Origin: Terriglobia bacterium
GTDB taxonomy: Bacteria > Acidobacteriota > Terriglobia > 2-12-FULL-54-10
NCBI GenBank assembly: GCA_963666975.2
Contig: CAXVYR010000004.1
Span: 64,001-128,000, forward strand
Direction of reading: 5' to 3'
DNA length: 64,000 nucleotides
Shown: piece by piece, positions 51,565 to 63,581 of the stretch
Layout of the letters: every line of letters starts with the position of its first letter
How positions within the stretch are numbered: the stretch's first letter is position 1
Notes under the pieces: model-generated
The model's input: the letters and a program-made list of their open reading frames with translations, nothing else
The model's database searches: none
Told to the model about the DNA's origin: nothing
Made by a program: the position numbers and the translations under genes

Positions 51565-53115
51565 TCAGATCGGAAATGAAGCGCGATGCCCGGCCCGATC
51601 CCCGGCGGTTCCTGTCCCCAGCAAAAGGTAAAACACGCTACCGCCTCCCTGCCTGTCCTCCACCCATATAGCTCCCCTGTGAGCCTCTACAATCGTCCGG
51701 CCAATGGCAAGGCCCAACCCCGTGCCCTGCCCGGGGATCAATGTTCCTTGTCTGCCCTGGTGGAACTTTTCAAAGATCTTTCCCTTTTCACCGGCGGGAA
51801 CTCCTGGGCCTGAATCGGAAATGGAAACCAGCGCAAATCCATCACCACTGGCAGCGCCGGCAACCTTGATCCGCCAGCCTTCCGGAAGGTTGTCCGGAAT
51901 CTCCGAAGCAAGCTGCAGGCACACCCCGATGACACCGCCAGGCGGCGAGAACTTCAAAGCATTTCCCAGCAGGTTGGCGATCACCTGGATGATGCGGTCT
52001 CCGTCACAATCCACCATGACGGGTTGTTCCGGAAGCTGCGCCTCCATGCGAAGCTCTTTTTCCCGCAGTTGTGTTTCAAATTCCGCCAAAACGGTCCGGA
52101 GCAAACCGGTGAGATCGTGCCTCCGGATGTCGTACTCCATCACGCCCGCCTCCATGCGAGACACGTCCAGCAGGTTGGCGATCATGGAGGAAAGGCGGCT
52201 TCCGCTTTGCAGATTGAGCTCCAGGAAACGTTTTTGCTTGTCGGTTAATGGACCAGGGATTCGGTCCAGCAACAAACGAACCGTTTCCTGCATGGAGGCC
52301 AGCGGCGTCTTGAACTCGTGAGATACGTGGGAGACGAAGTCCTTCTTCATCTTGTCCATCTCATTCAACCGGCGCGCCATGGCGTTAAAATCTCCGGCGA
52401 GCTGGGCGAACTCGTCGTTTCCCGTCGCGTCCAGTTGATAAAACAACTTTCCTTCCATCACCGCGCGGGTTCCTTCCGTCAGCTGGCCCAGCGGCTCCGA
52501 GATGGAACGAACGATCATCAACGACACCAGCAGGCTCAGCACCAGCGCCGCACCGCCCACTATCCAGGAGACACGCTCGGCTTGCTGCCCTGCCCCGGCA
52601 GACTCGTCGGCCTGCAAATCAATCGCCTGACGCGTTACTCTCACGACGGTCTGTGCCTGGGTTCTGAGTCGGGAGAAATGTTCGATTTGGTCTGAGAGCG
52701 CGACCTCGATTTGCCGTGAGTCGAGCGAGGACATTCCCTGCATCTGGCTCGAAGAGACATCTGAGAACTCATCCCACAGGCGGGAAAGGCGGCTAAGCTC
52801 TTCGCCTTCCCGTAGCGGCAAGCCTAGCGATTGCATCCGACGGAGGGACTGCACAAAAGCGTCCTTCATCTGCTTCACCTGGGAGGCGTATCCCGGATCG
52901 CCTCCCGTGGCGAAGAATTTGCGCGTGAACTCCTCCACCTGATCCAGGTCGCGGAGCAACTGCAGGGAAAGGCTGGCGGCGCGATAGTGAATTCCGGAAA
53001 GGTTCTGATTGATGGCCTGCATCCGGTGAATCGAAGAAACCTGGTAGGAAAGCACTGCGAGGATCAGAACAATGAGAACTCCATACCCGGCAGCGATCTT
53101 GGTGGCGATTTTCAT
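51565..53115 (-). CDS. Membrane sensor histidine kinase (HAMP, HisKA, HATPase)
   Basis: Two TM segments, SHEFKTPL, NLLGNALKF, DSGPG, GTGLGL. Confidence 0.93.
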   Translation of the reverse strand: MKIATKIAAGYGVLIVLILAVLSYQVSSIHRMQAINQNLSGIHYRAASLSLQLLRDLDQVEEFTRKFFATGGDPGYASQVKQMKDAFVQSLRRMQSLGLPLREGEELSRLSRLWDEFSDVSSSQMQGMSSLDSRQIEVALSDQIEHFSRLRTQAQTVVRVTRQAIDLQADESAGAGQQAERVSWIVGGAALVLSLLVSLMIVRSISEPLGQLTEGTRAVMEGKLFYQLDATGNDEFAQLAGDFNAMARRLNEMDKMKKDFVSHVSHEFKTPLASMQETVRLLLDRIPGPLTDKQKRFLELNLQSGSRLSSMIANLLDVSRMEAGVMEYDIRRHDLTGLLRTVLAEFETQLREKELRMEAQLPEQPVMVDCDGDRIIQVIANLLGNALKFSPPGGVIGVCLQLASEIPDNLPEGWRIKVAGAASGDGFALVSISDSGPGVPAGEKGKIFEKFHQGRQGTLIPGQGTGLGLAIGRTIVEAHRGAIWVEDRQGGGSVFYLLLGTGTAGDRAGHRASFPI

Positions 53116-53203
53116 TGAATCCGCCAAGCCTCTTGCTGGCGCCAGCCGAAATTTTTGCTGGCAAGAGCGCGGAAGGCGGGGCGCAATGCAGCCGCCTCGC
53201 GAG

Positions 53204-54568
53204 TCAGGCTTTTTTGCCGTAAGACTTCAGCTTATTGCGTATTGTCTTTACATCCAGCCCGAGATGGCGCGCCGCTGCTGCTTTGTTATTTCCTGTTTTT
53301 TCCAGGGTTCGCAAGATCAGCTCTTTTTCAGCCTCGGCGGCATTGGCTCCCGGCGGCACAGTGATTTCCAGCCCCGGATCGTCCGCCGGGTTCCGGACGT
53401 AAGCAGGAAGATGCGACAGTTCGATCCATCTGCCCTTGGACAGTATCACAGCCCTCTCAATGAGATTCCTCAATTCCCGGACGTTGCCCGGCCAAGAGTA
53501 GTTTTGCAGTCTTTCCAGGACTTCCGGGCGGAGGCTTTCCACGCTGCCCTGATGCTTCCGGTTCCCTTCGCGGATGAAATGCCGAACCAATTGGGGGATG
53601 TCTTCCTTGCGTTCACGAAGCAAGGGCAGCGCCACCGTAAAGACATTCAGCCTGTAATAGAGGTCATCTCGAAGGCTGCCTTTCCGGACAGCCTCCCGGG
53701 GTTCCTGGTTCGTCGCCGCAATCACTCGCACATCAAAAGTGCTTTCCTGCCTGCCCCCCAGCCTGCGAACCCGGCCCCCTTCCAAAACCCGGAGGAGCTT
53801 GGCTTGCAGCGCCGTGGACATCTCTGCGATCTCATCCAGAAACAGGGTGCCTCCGCTGGCCATCTCGAAGCATCCGGCCCGGACGCCGATCGCTCCAGTA
53901 AAGGCTCCTTTCTCATGGCCAAAGATTTCGCTCTCCATCAGGCTTTCCGGAATAGCCGCTGCGTTGATCGCAATGAAAGGGCCCCTCGAACGCGCGCTGA
54001 GTTCATGGATGGTGAGGGCCGCAAGCTCCTTTCCGGTGCCGCTGTCTCCCGTAATGAGGGCCGAAGTATCGCTGGGAGCCAGCGTCTGGATCAGGCCGTA
54101 AACCGCTCGCATCCGTTTGCTGGTTCCGACGAAAAGTCCGAAACCCGATTCTTTGTCCTGTGGGGACGGTGGTTTCCCGGATTCCAGCCGTTGGGCGATG
54201 TCTTTCTGGGCAATATCCAGGATCGCCTTTAACTTGGCATAGTCCAGGGGCTTGGTGATGAAGTCCTCTGCTCCTTGCTTCATGGCCTCCACCGCCATGT
54301 CGATGCTCCCCTGCGCGGTGATCAGGATCACCGGGCGGGAGGGATTGCCCGCCTTCAGGGATCGCAACAGCTCCAGCCCGCTCAAGCCCGGCATCACCAC
54401 GTCGGAAACGACGATATCCGGATCGTAGGATTCCGCCCATTGCTTTCCCTCTGCCCCGTCGGAGGCAAGCCGCACGTCGAAGCCCCAGTCCCGGAGACGC
54501 ATCTCCAGCACCTCCCGCATCACCGCCTCATCATCTACGACTAGAATTTTTGTATGCGGGATGGTCAT
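53204..54568 (-). CDS. Sigma54-dependent NtrC-family response regulator
   Basis: REC (VVDDE, DVVMP), GDSGTGKE, GAFTGA, WPGNVREL, Fis HTH. Confidence 0.93.
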   Translation of the reverse strand: MTIPHTKILVVDDEAVMREVLEMRLRDWGFDVRLASDGAEGKQWAESYDPDIVVSDVVMPGLSGLELLRSLKAGNPSRPVILITAQGSIDMAVEAMKQGAEDFITKPLDYAKLKAILDIAQKDIAQRLESGKPPSPQDKESGFGLFVGTSKRMRAVYGLIQTLAPSDTSALITGDSGTGKELAALTIHELSARSRGPFIAINAAAIPESLMESEIFGHEKGAFTGAIGVRAGCFEMASGGTLFLDEIAEMSTALQAKLLRVLEGGRVRRLGGRQESTFDVRVIAATNQEPREAVRKGSLRDDLYYRLNVFTVALPLLRERKEDIPQLVRHFIREGNRKHQGSVESLRPEVLERLQNYSWPGNVRELRNLIERAVILSKGRWIELSHLPAYVRNPADDPGLEITVPPGANAAEAEKELILRTLEKTGNNKAAAARHLGLDVKTIRNKLKSYGKKA

Positions 54569-54833
54569 AGGCAAATCAGGGGAAAAGCTTCCGGCTTTTA
54601 CGTGCACTCCTATCCCGCCGGCACTTCCACACCGGCCCGGAGCCCTGCACATATTTTATAACAGTTGGGAAATTGCGAAATTGCGGAACAGCCTGTCTTG
54701 CAGGCCAACGGAATGTGCGAAATCTCATCCCACAGTGCTGGGTTCCTGCATGGCTGGATTTCTGCAGCGCCGGGTTCGTACTCAGCCAGGTTCCGGCAGG
54801 GACCGGAAGCGGTGGAGGATGGACCACAGAGCG

Positions 54834-55439
54834 CTAGCCGCCTAACTCGCCCACTTGCCCTCCCCGACTGACCTCTATGTCATCCTCATCTTTATCTTTG
54901 GGAGCATCTTTTTTGGGCTCGTCTGTTTTGGGCTTTTCTTTTTCAGCAAGAGGTTTGGTGGATGCTTTCCCCACCGTGGGCACATCCGCACCCTGGCCGG
55001 CCGCAGCACGCCGGGCAAGCCGGTTGCTCTCAGACAATTTTGCTTCATATCCCCTGGCCGTGCTGTAAACCGTCTTTTGAAAAAATGTAATTACCGTGCT
55101 CCGGAGGCTCTCATCCACTTGCCTGTCCGTAGCACCCAAATAATCCCACAGGTGTCTTTCCGTCAGCATCAAAGCGAGAACAACTTGTCCCAGCGGAATT
55201 CCCTCTGCAAAGCGCACCTTCCCCCTTTCCTCGGCGACACTCTGGATGTGCGCGTCATCTTTTGAAACGAGCCATTGCGCCAAACGCTGAAACTGAGAGT
55301 AGATCCGCTCGAAGAACTCGTCCTCCCCCAAAACACGGTAGTAGCTGGTACCCAGGTTTGCCTTTAACTCGCTATGCAAACCTCCCACCAGTTGCTGCCC
55401 CTCGCGCTCAATTACTCGGACCAGATCTGTGGAATTCAC
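54834..55439 (-). CDS. Hypothetical protein, globin/RsbRD-N-like helical domain with charged tail
   Basis: ERGKVRFAEGIPLGQVV..YSTARGYE pattern. Confidence 0.55.
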   Translation of the reverse strand: MNSTDLVRVIEREGQQLVGGLHSELKANLGTSYYRVLGEDEFFERIYSQFQRLAQWLVSKDDAHIQSVAEERGKVRFAEGIPLGQVVLALMLTERHLWDYLGATDRQVDESLRSTVITFFQKTVYSTARGYEAKLSESNRLARRAAAGQGADVPTVGKASTKPLAEKEKPKTDEPKKDAPKDKDEDDIEVSRGGQVGELGG

Positions 55440-55574
55440 GACCGCTCTCCTTTAGTTTCCTGTCTGCCTCCGGTTCCTGCCCGGCGCTCTGCACTTGCTT
55501 GGAGCCACTATACCCTTGCCTGGAATAACTGTAAATGAAGAAACAATTTTCTAATCAAAGGAAATTGGCGAGGT

Positions 55575-56063
55575 TTAGTGGCCGTTCTTGCCTGTGATCA
55601 AGCCTACGGCATGCGGCAAAACGGCCAGGACAGCTTGGAGAGACTCGACCGCCCCTCGGGGGCTGCCGGGAAGATTTAGAATCAGCGAGTTGCCGCAGAT
55701 TCCCGCCAATGCGCGGGACAGAATAGCAGTCGGCGTGCCTTGAGCACCCTCCTGACGCATCCGCTCCGCCAATCCGGGAATTTCCCGCGAGATCACCTTT
55801 CGGGTCGCCTCCGGAGTGACATCCCTGGGGGAGACTCCGGTTCCGCCGGTGGTGAAAATCCCCTCCAACCCTTTTGAACTCATCTCGCGCAAGGTGGCAG
55901 AGAGGACAGCCTGATCATCCGCGATCACCTGACTATGCACCACCTTCCACCCGCTTTTTTCCAGCAACTCTTTTACGGCAGGACCGGAGCCATCCCTCCG
56001 ATGGCCCTGGAAAACCGAGTCGCTTACGGTCAGGACAGCGGCACGCAACGGCTGGGACATCAT
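55575..56063 (-). CDS. mog: Molybdopterin adenylyltransferase (MogA/MoaB)
   Basis: LTVSD, TTGGTG.SPRDVTPEAT, NLPGSP. Confidence 0.9.
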   Translation of the reverse strand: MMSQPLRAAVLTVSDSVFQGHRRDGSGPAVKELLEKSGWKVVHSQVIADDQAVLSATLREMSSKGLEGIFTTGGTGVSPRDVTPEATRKVISREIPGLAERMRQEGAQGTPTAILSRALAGICGNSLILNLPGSPRGAVESLQAVLAVLPHAVGLITGKNGH

Positions 56064-56815
56064 CCCTCCTCGGTGTCGCGCTTTTGTTCGTCCAGCAGCC
56101 GGAGTGCTTCCATCAGCAGGCCCTGCGTAGTGCGCGTGGTGGTTTGTTTATCGGACCGGGAATTAAAGTCGATCTGGAACGTGCCGTCGGTCAATTGGGC
56201 AACCCAGTAGACGGCGTCGTCCCCTTCCATTTTTCCCGACTCAGCGTGGCGAATCTGGCCTTCGGAGAAAAACATCTGGCAGCTCTTGCCGCTGCCTGAG
56301 ATCGTCAGCGCACAGGTTTTCTGGCCCAGCTCCAAGGACTGCAACAAATCGATAATGTTCATCTCTGCCAAGCGCCCGCGGATGACGCCCTCTTGCTGGC
56401 CTTGCTTCTGCATCTTTTCCCAGTAGATCCTCTCCAGCACCTTTTTCGTTCGGGAAGCCAGTTCGTGAACGTAAAAAGGCTTGGCGAAAAACTCCTCGAC
56501 GCTGTCGGCCACGGGTCTAAGTTTTTCGTTGATGTCGGATTTCACCGCCACCAAGATCACACGCACCCCCTTGGTCTCCGTCCGCGCCTTCAGCTTCTGC
56601 ACAAACTCGCCGCCGTTCAATCCCGGCATCCGGTAGTCGCAGATCACCAAGTCGGGAGGGCTTTCCACGCATTGGAGAAGCGCCTCGGTGGCGTCGGTGC
56701 AGGTCTAGATTTCGGCGTGCTGCTCGATGCCCCGCTTCATCAGGTCGAGAATCAGGCGATTGTCATCGACCAGCATGACCCTGCTTGCTTTCGTTGCGGT
56801 TGCTTTCTCTGCCAC
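56060..56815 (-). pseudogene. Response regulator with DUF4388 domain; in-frame TAG in the receiver domain
   Basis: GTG 56815 after AAGGGA; MLVDDN...HAEI*TCTD...DYRMP; TAG at 56705-56707. Confidence 0.75.
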
Positions 56816-56824
56816 TGTGTTCCC

Positions 56825-57301
56825 TTACTCTCCGGCGCCCGGCTTGACGTAGTCGCCGCTCTTGCCGCCGGTTTTCTCCAATAAACAAATATCGGTAATT
56901 ACCATCGACTTGTCAATCGCTTTGCACATGTCATAGATGGTCAGGGCGGCCACGCTGACCGCCGTCAAGGCTTCCATTTCAACGCCGGTGGCGGCGTTGG
57001 TGGCCACGCTGGATTCGATCTTCACGCCTCCGGCATCCATCCGGATCTCAACGTCCACGTGAGTGACCGGAAGCGGGTGACAGAGAGGAATCAGCGCCGC
57101 CGTTTGTTTGGCCCCCGCGATCCCGGCGATCCGCGCAATTTCCAGCGGATTGCCCTTGGGGTTTTCCGGCAACTTGCGGAGATGTTCCGGAGCCATCTTT
57201 ACAAAACCTCCCGCGCGGGCCCGCCGTGCTGTGACCCGCTTGGAGGTGACATCCACCATGCGCACCGAACCGTCTTGGTTGAAATGAGAGAGTTCACCCA
57301 T
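56825..57301 (-). CDS. moaC: Cyclic pyranopterin monophosphate synthase
   Basis: MVDV, LIPLCHP, GVEMEAL, YDMCKA, KTGGKSG. Confidence 0.96.
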   Translation of the reverse strand: MGELSHFNQDGSVRMVDVTSKRVTARRARAGGFVKMAPEHLRKLPENPKGNPLEIARIAGIAGAKQTAALIPLCHPLPVTHVDVEIRMDAGGVKIESSVATNAATGVEMEALTAVSVAALTIYDMCKAIDKSMVITDICLLEKTGGKSGDYVKPGAGE

Positions 57302-57326
57302 CGGATTACCCTTCCTCTCAAGCCAC

Positions 57327-58535
57327 TCAGCGCGGCAGGACAGAGACCCATTCCCCTGCCGGAATCTCCTCCACATTTTCGGGAACGCTCAAGTAGCAGT
57401 TGGAGCGAATCAAGCTAGCCATGTCCCCTGAGCCTTTCCAAGCCACCGGGGACACCACAGGTTCATAGGCGCTGCCATGAAGCATCGCCGGCAAAAAAGC
57501 AGCCAACCCCGGCTTCCGGCGGAAATCCCTCTCCAGCCGTGCCCGCAAAAAAACCAGCGGCGCGGAGGTCTCTCCCGAAAGCAGCGCCAGCGCGGGGCGG
57601 ACAAACAGCTCAAACGTAACCATGGTCGACAATGGATTTCCCGGCAGGCCAAAAAAGAAGGTGCCCTGAACCCGTCCGAAAACCAGCGGCTTGCCCGGCT
57701 GCATGGCAACCCCGTCAAAGTGAATTTCAGCCCCCAATTCAGCGAGAACTTTTTCCACCAAGTCGAACTTGCCCATGGAGACCCCGCCGCTCAGCACCAG
57801 CAGATCAGCCTGCAGGCCTTCTTCTATCATTTTCCTCAGCGGCCCTTCCAGGTCCGGAGCAATTCCTGAAGTCACCGAAATACAGTGGGCGGCAGTCACT
57901 TGCACCTGCAACGAATAGCTGTTGCTGTTGCGAATTTGGAAAGGGCCGGGAGAAACCCCGAGTTCAACGACCTCATCGCCGGTGGGAAGGATGGCTACCC
58001 GAGGCTTTCGGTAAACCGTCACGGTCTCGGCGCCCACGGCGGCAGCCATAGCCGTTTCCGCATAGCCCATGCGGAGGCCCGCCGGCAGTAAAAGGTCGCC
58101 TTGGGTGGCCTCGCTCGCCTGCGGCACCACATTTTCACCGGGAGAGACGCTTCGACCGGGCTCGACCAGCCCGTCCTGCAGGCGCACATGCTCCACCATC
58201 ACCACGGCATCAGCCCCCTCCGGAACGGCGGCGCCCGTCATGATCTCCACGCATTCCATCTCGCAAACGGTTCCAGCAAACTCGCCGCCTGCTTTGATCT
58301 GCCCGCGCAATTTCAGCCGCACCGGCAGCCTGGCCACGTCCGCCGAACGGACCGCAAAGCCGTCACGGGTAGCGCGCCGAAACGGAGGAAAATCCCGGTC
58401 GGCATAGACCGGCTCGGCCAGCACGCGGCCTTGGCTCTGGATGAGCGGCAGCGTCTCCCGGCCGAGATCAACCGCTCCGGAACGCACTCGCTCCAGGACA
58501 GTCGCCCGCGCATCTTGGAACTTCAAAACAGCCAC
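57327..58535 (-). CDS. moeA: Molybdopterin molybdotransferase
   Basis: DGFAVR, IMTGA, TGDE, SGGVSMG, GLPGNP. Confidence 0.95.
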   Translation of the reverse strand: MAVLKFQDARATVLERVRSGAVDLGRETLPLIQSQGRVLAEPVYADRDFPPFRRATRDGFAVRSADVARLPVRLKLRGQIKAGGEFAGTVCEMECVEIMTGAAVPEGADAVVMVEHVRLQDGLVEPGRSVSPGENVVPQASEATQGDLLLPAGLRMGYAETAMAAAVGAETVTVYRKPRVAILPTGDEVVELGVSPGPFQIRNSNSYSLQVQVTAAHCISVTSGIAPDLEGPLRKMIEEGLQADLLVLSGGVSMGKFDLVEKVLAELGAEIHFDGVAMQPGKPLVFGRVQGTFFFGLPGNPLSTMVTFELFVRPALALLSGETSAPLVFLRARLERDFRRKPGLAAFLPAMLHGSAYEPVVSPVAWKGSGDMASLIRSNCYLSVPENVEEIPAGEWVSVLPR

Positions 58536-58552
58536 AGCCTACCTTCAGTATG

Positions 58553-59926
<1,374 letters not shown>

Positions 59927-59988
59927 CTAAACCCGTTTGGCATAGCACACAATAGGAACCTGAAATGAAAAAAAGAACTCAGGAACGG

Positions 59989-60010
59989 TTCCACCGGCTG
60001 GCCGGTGGAA
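59989..60010. terminator. Perfect inverted repeat downstream of trxA
   Basis: TTCCACCGGC-TG-GCCGGTGGAA. Confidence 0.45.
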
Positions 60011-60039
60011 ATTTTGGGAAAAAAATAAAGAGGCAGTTG

Positions 60040-60369
60040 CTAGAGATACTTCTTCAGAAGATTGGTGAGCTCATCCCGGCTCTTGACGCCGACCACTTGC
60101 TCCTGCACTTCCCCGCCTTTGAAAAGCAGCAATGTGGGAATGCTTCGTATATTGTACCGGCCAGGAGTAGAGCTGTTTTCATCCACGTTCACTTTCCCCA
60201 CCTTGGCCTTGCCTGCATATTCATCTGCTAAAGCTTCCACCGCAGGCGCAATCATCCGGCATGGACCGCACCATGCGGCCCAAAAATCCACCAGGACGGG
60301 CAGGTCTGCTTTCAGCACTTCTTGTTCAAAACTCTGGTCTGTGAACTCCATCACGTTCTTTCCAGCCAT
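60040..60369 (-). CDS. trxA: Thioredoxin
   Basis: DFWAAWCGPC, SIPTL. Confidence 0.96.
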   Translation of the reverse strand: MAGKNVMEFTDQSFEQEVLKADLPVLVDFWAAWCGPCRMIAPAVEALADEYAGKAKVGKVNVDENSSTPGRYNIRSIPTLLLFKGGEVQEQVVGVKSRDELTNLLKKYL

Positions 60370-60813
60370 AGGAAAACCTCCCCATCTCTCCGTGTCGTTA
60401 CAACCTTCCAGTTGATTTGATTATCATCGCAGCCGTTTGGATTGAAAAAATTTTCACTCCATTGCCTCCGAGTCTGCCGGTTTCCCGCCGAGGGACTTCT
60501 CTTGGCGAAGCACTGCCACCCGATTCAAGTTATCGAAGCGGCTGGTGAAATGTCAAGTCCACGCCGCTGAATGGCGCGCCGTCGCGGACCTGCGGCGCAG
60601 CGGAAACCCCGCCCGTCCCGCCAGCCTGAACGCTTCGGCGAAGGGGCCGGTCTCTGCCACAGGGTAGCGCTCCCCAGGCGATGTGATATCATTTCCTTCC
60701 CATCCGTTTCGGCAACCGCAGACGCTCTGTTGCCACCATGCACGGCCAGCGCACTCGAAAAGGCGAGCCGGAAAGAAGAGCAGAAAGGGAAGCAAAACAG
60801 GAAAGGCGGTCCC

Positions 60814-62886
60814 GTGGCTGAAAAACTGAGCATGGAATCCAAGCCCTCTACCGAACAGGGCCGGCTGGACGAACTGTGCATCAATACGATTCGCGTCCTG
60901 GCGATGGACGCAGTGGAAAAGGCCAACTCCGGCCATCCTGGCTTGCCCATGGGGGCGGCTGCAATGGCCTATGTGCTGTGGACGCGTTTTCTGCGCCACA
61001 ATCCGGGCCATCCTCAATGGCCGAACCGCGACCGGTTTGTTCTCTCGGCCGGCCACGGCAGCATGCTTCTTTACTCACTGCTGCATCTCACCGGATATGA
61101 CCTTTCCCTGGAAGAACTGAAACAGTTCCGCCAATGGAACAGCCGAACCCCGGGCCACCCCGAGCACGGCTTGATCCCCGGCGTGGAAGCGACCACCGGC
61201 CCGCTGGGACAAGGCTTCGGCAACGGGGTAGGAATGGCGCTAGCGGAGCGCTATCTGGCGGCCACCTTCAACCGTCCGGGACATGCCATTGTGGACCACT
61301 TCACCTATGCACTGGTGAGCGATGGCGACCTGATGGAGGGCGTGGCCTCCGAGGCCGCCTCCCTGGCCGGTCATCTGAAGCTGGGCAAGCTTGTCTATCT
61401 GTACGATGACAACCACATCACCATCGAAGGCGACACCAGCCTGGCGTTTACGGAAAACGTCTCCCAGCGGTTTGAAGCCTACGGATGGCACGTGCAGGAG
61501 ATCGACGGCAATGATCTCCATGCAGTGACCCAAGCCCTGGCCACGGCGCGCGCCGAGATGGACCGCCCTTCCCTTATTCGGGCCCGCACCCACATCGCTC
61601 ACGGAAGCCCCAACAAGCAAGATACGGCCGACGCCCACGGCTCCCCCCTGGGCGCGGAAGAAGTCCGGCTCACCAAAGAAGCTCTGGGGTGGCCGCTGGA
61701 GCCCGCTTTTCATATTCCTCCGGACGCTTTGCATCATTTCCGCGAAGCCGTCAAGCGAGGGCAAGCCGGACAAGCCCAGTGGCAAACCCGTTTTGACGCC
61801 TACGCCTCGGCTTTCCCCGATCTCGCCAAAGAGTGGAACGATACCCTGCAAGGGAAGCTTCCTGTCGGCTGGGAAGAGAGTCTGCCTGCATTTAGTCCCC
61901 AGGAAAAAAGTATGGCCACCCGCCAGGCTTCAGGAAAGGTGCTGAATGCCATAGCCCCCCGCCTGCCTGTTTTAATCGGCGGATCGGCCGACCTGTCCCC
62001 TTCCAACAACACGCATCTGAAAGACTTTGAAGACTCCCATCGTTCGGCGCGGGGAAGAAACTTCCATTTTGGAATCCGCGAGCACGGCATGGGCGCCATC
62101 CTGAACGGCATGGCCCTGCACGGAGGCATCCGGCCCTATGGAGCCACGTTTCTGGTCTTCTCCGACTATATGCGGCCCTCGATCCGATTGGCTGCGCTGA
62201 CAAAATTGCCGGTTATTTTTATCTTCACACACGATAGTATAGGATTGGGAGAGGATGGACCTACGCACCAACCCATCGAACATCTGGCGGCGCTTCGCGC
62301 CATCCCTCATCTGGTCGTACTCCGTCCGGCAGACGCAACGGAAACCGCTGCCGCCTGGCGATTCGCCATGGAGGAATGGACCAGACCGGTGGCGCTGATC
62401 CTTACGCGCCAAAAGCTTCCCGTGTTGGAACGGCCCGCCTCGGGCGATTTCGTTTCCAGAGGAGCGTATGTTCTAGCCGACACAGGAACCAAACCGCTGA
62501 AAGTGATCCTCATCGCCACGGGCTCGGAGGTCAGCCTGGCTCTGGAGGGAAGAACGCTTCTCGAAGCCAAGGGAATTGGCACGCGTGTGGTCAGCATGCC
62601 GTCCTGGGAGCTGTTTGACGAGCAGTCGCAGGCCTATCGCGAAAAAGTCCTGCCTCCTGCGGTGAAGGCGCGGCTGGCCATTGAGGCGGCTTCTCCGTTC
62701 GGCTGGCGGCAATACGCGGGGGATGAAGGTGATATCCTGGGCATCGACGGCTTTGGCGCTTCCGCTCCCGGCCCCGTTGTGATGGAGCATTACAACTTTA
62801 CGGCGGAAAATGTTGCGGCACGCGCCGAAGCTCTTTTGCAACGGCGGAGCCCAAAAACGCCGAGGAAAACCAAGCAGCAGGGTTAA
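60814..62886 (+). CDS. tkt: Transketolase
   Basis: [29 protein letters not shown]; start at GTG 60814 or ATG 60832. Confidence 0.96.
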   Translation: MAEKLSMESKPSTEQGRLDELCINTIRVLAMDAVEKANSGHPGLPMGAAAMAYVLWTRFLRHNPGHPQWPNRDRFVLSAGHGSMLLYSLLHLTGYDLSLEELKQFRQWNSRTPGHPEHGLIPGVEATTGPLGQGFGNGVGMALAERYLAATFNRPGHAIVDHFTYALVSDGDLMEGVASEAASLAGHLKLGKLVYLYDDNHITIEGDTSLAFTENVSQRFEAYGWHVQEIDGNDLHAVTQALATARAEMDRPSLIRARTHIAHGSPNKQDTADAHGSPLGAEEVRLTKEALGWPLEPAFHIPPDALHHFREAVKRGQAGQAQWQTRFDAYASAFPDLAKEWNDTLQGKLPVGWEESLPAFSPQEKSMATRQASGKVLNAIAPRLPVLIGGSADLSPSNNTHLKDFEDSHRSARGRNFHFGIREHGMGAILNGMALHGGIRPYGATFLVFSDYMRPSIRLAALTKLPVIFIFTHDSIGLGEDGPTHQPIEHLAALRAIPHLVVLRPADATETAAAWRFAMEEWTRPVALILTRQKLPVLERPASGDFVSRGAYVLADTGTKPLKVILIATGSEVSLALEGRTLLEAKGIGTRVVSMPSWELFDEQSQAYREKVLPPAVKARLAIEAASPFGWRQYAGDEGDILGIDGFGASAPGPVVMEHYNFTAENVAARAEALLQRRSPKTPRKTKQQG

Positions 62887-62935
62887 CGGTTGCGGAGACT
62901 TCCGGGAAAATTTACCGATTCTGGAGGAGTCGATA

Positions 62936-63400
62936 GTGCGCATCGCCATTGGAGCCGATCACGGCGGATTCGAACTGAAAGCCCCGGTTATTGAACAATT
63001 AAAAACCGCAGGACATATTCCGCTGGACATGGGCACGCATAGTCCGGACCCGGTGGACTATCCCGATATCACCAGGAGCGTAGCGGAGGCCATCCAGCAA
63101 GGAAAGGCCGACCTCGGGATTCTGCTCTGCGGCAGCGGCGTCGGGGCCTCGGTGGCGGCCAACAAGTTCGCGGGAATTCGCGCCGGCCTGTGTCACGATG
63201 CATTTTCCGCGCATCAGGGGCGCGAGGATGACGATGTGAACGTGCTGTGTCTGGGAAGCCGCGTCATCGGCAGGTCTCTGGCGCTGGACTTAGTGAAAAT
63301 CTGGCTGGAGGCCAGCTTCTCGGGGCTGGAACGTCACCAGCGGCGTCTGGATAAAGTGGCTGCGATTGAAAAAGAGAACAAGCTCCTGCCCCAGGGCTGA
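62936..63400 (+). CDS. rpiB: Ribose-5-phosphate isomerase B
   Basis: IAIGADHGG, DYPD, CGSGVG, RHQRR. Confidence 0.95.
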   Translation: MRIAIGADHGGFELKAPVIEQLKTAGHIPLDMGTHSPDPVDYPDITRSVAEAIQQGKADLGILLCGSGVGASVAANKFAGIRAGLCHDAFSAHQGREDDDVNVLCLGSRVIGRSLALDLVKIWLEASFSGLERHQRRLDKVAAIEKENKLLPQG

Positions 63401-63581
63401 CCGGCATCGCCTGCCGGTCCGGAGCCGGCAGCTTGCGGGGATTGCAGTCCGCAGCGGCAGGGCAGCAGCAAGACAGGCTGCTTGCGCCGCCACACAACCT
63501 TTTGCTCTCTCTGTAGACGCCATATAATATCCGCCGGACTAATTCCTTTTTTATAAACCGGGACTGGAGGAAAGGCATCCG

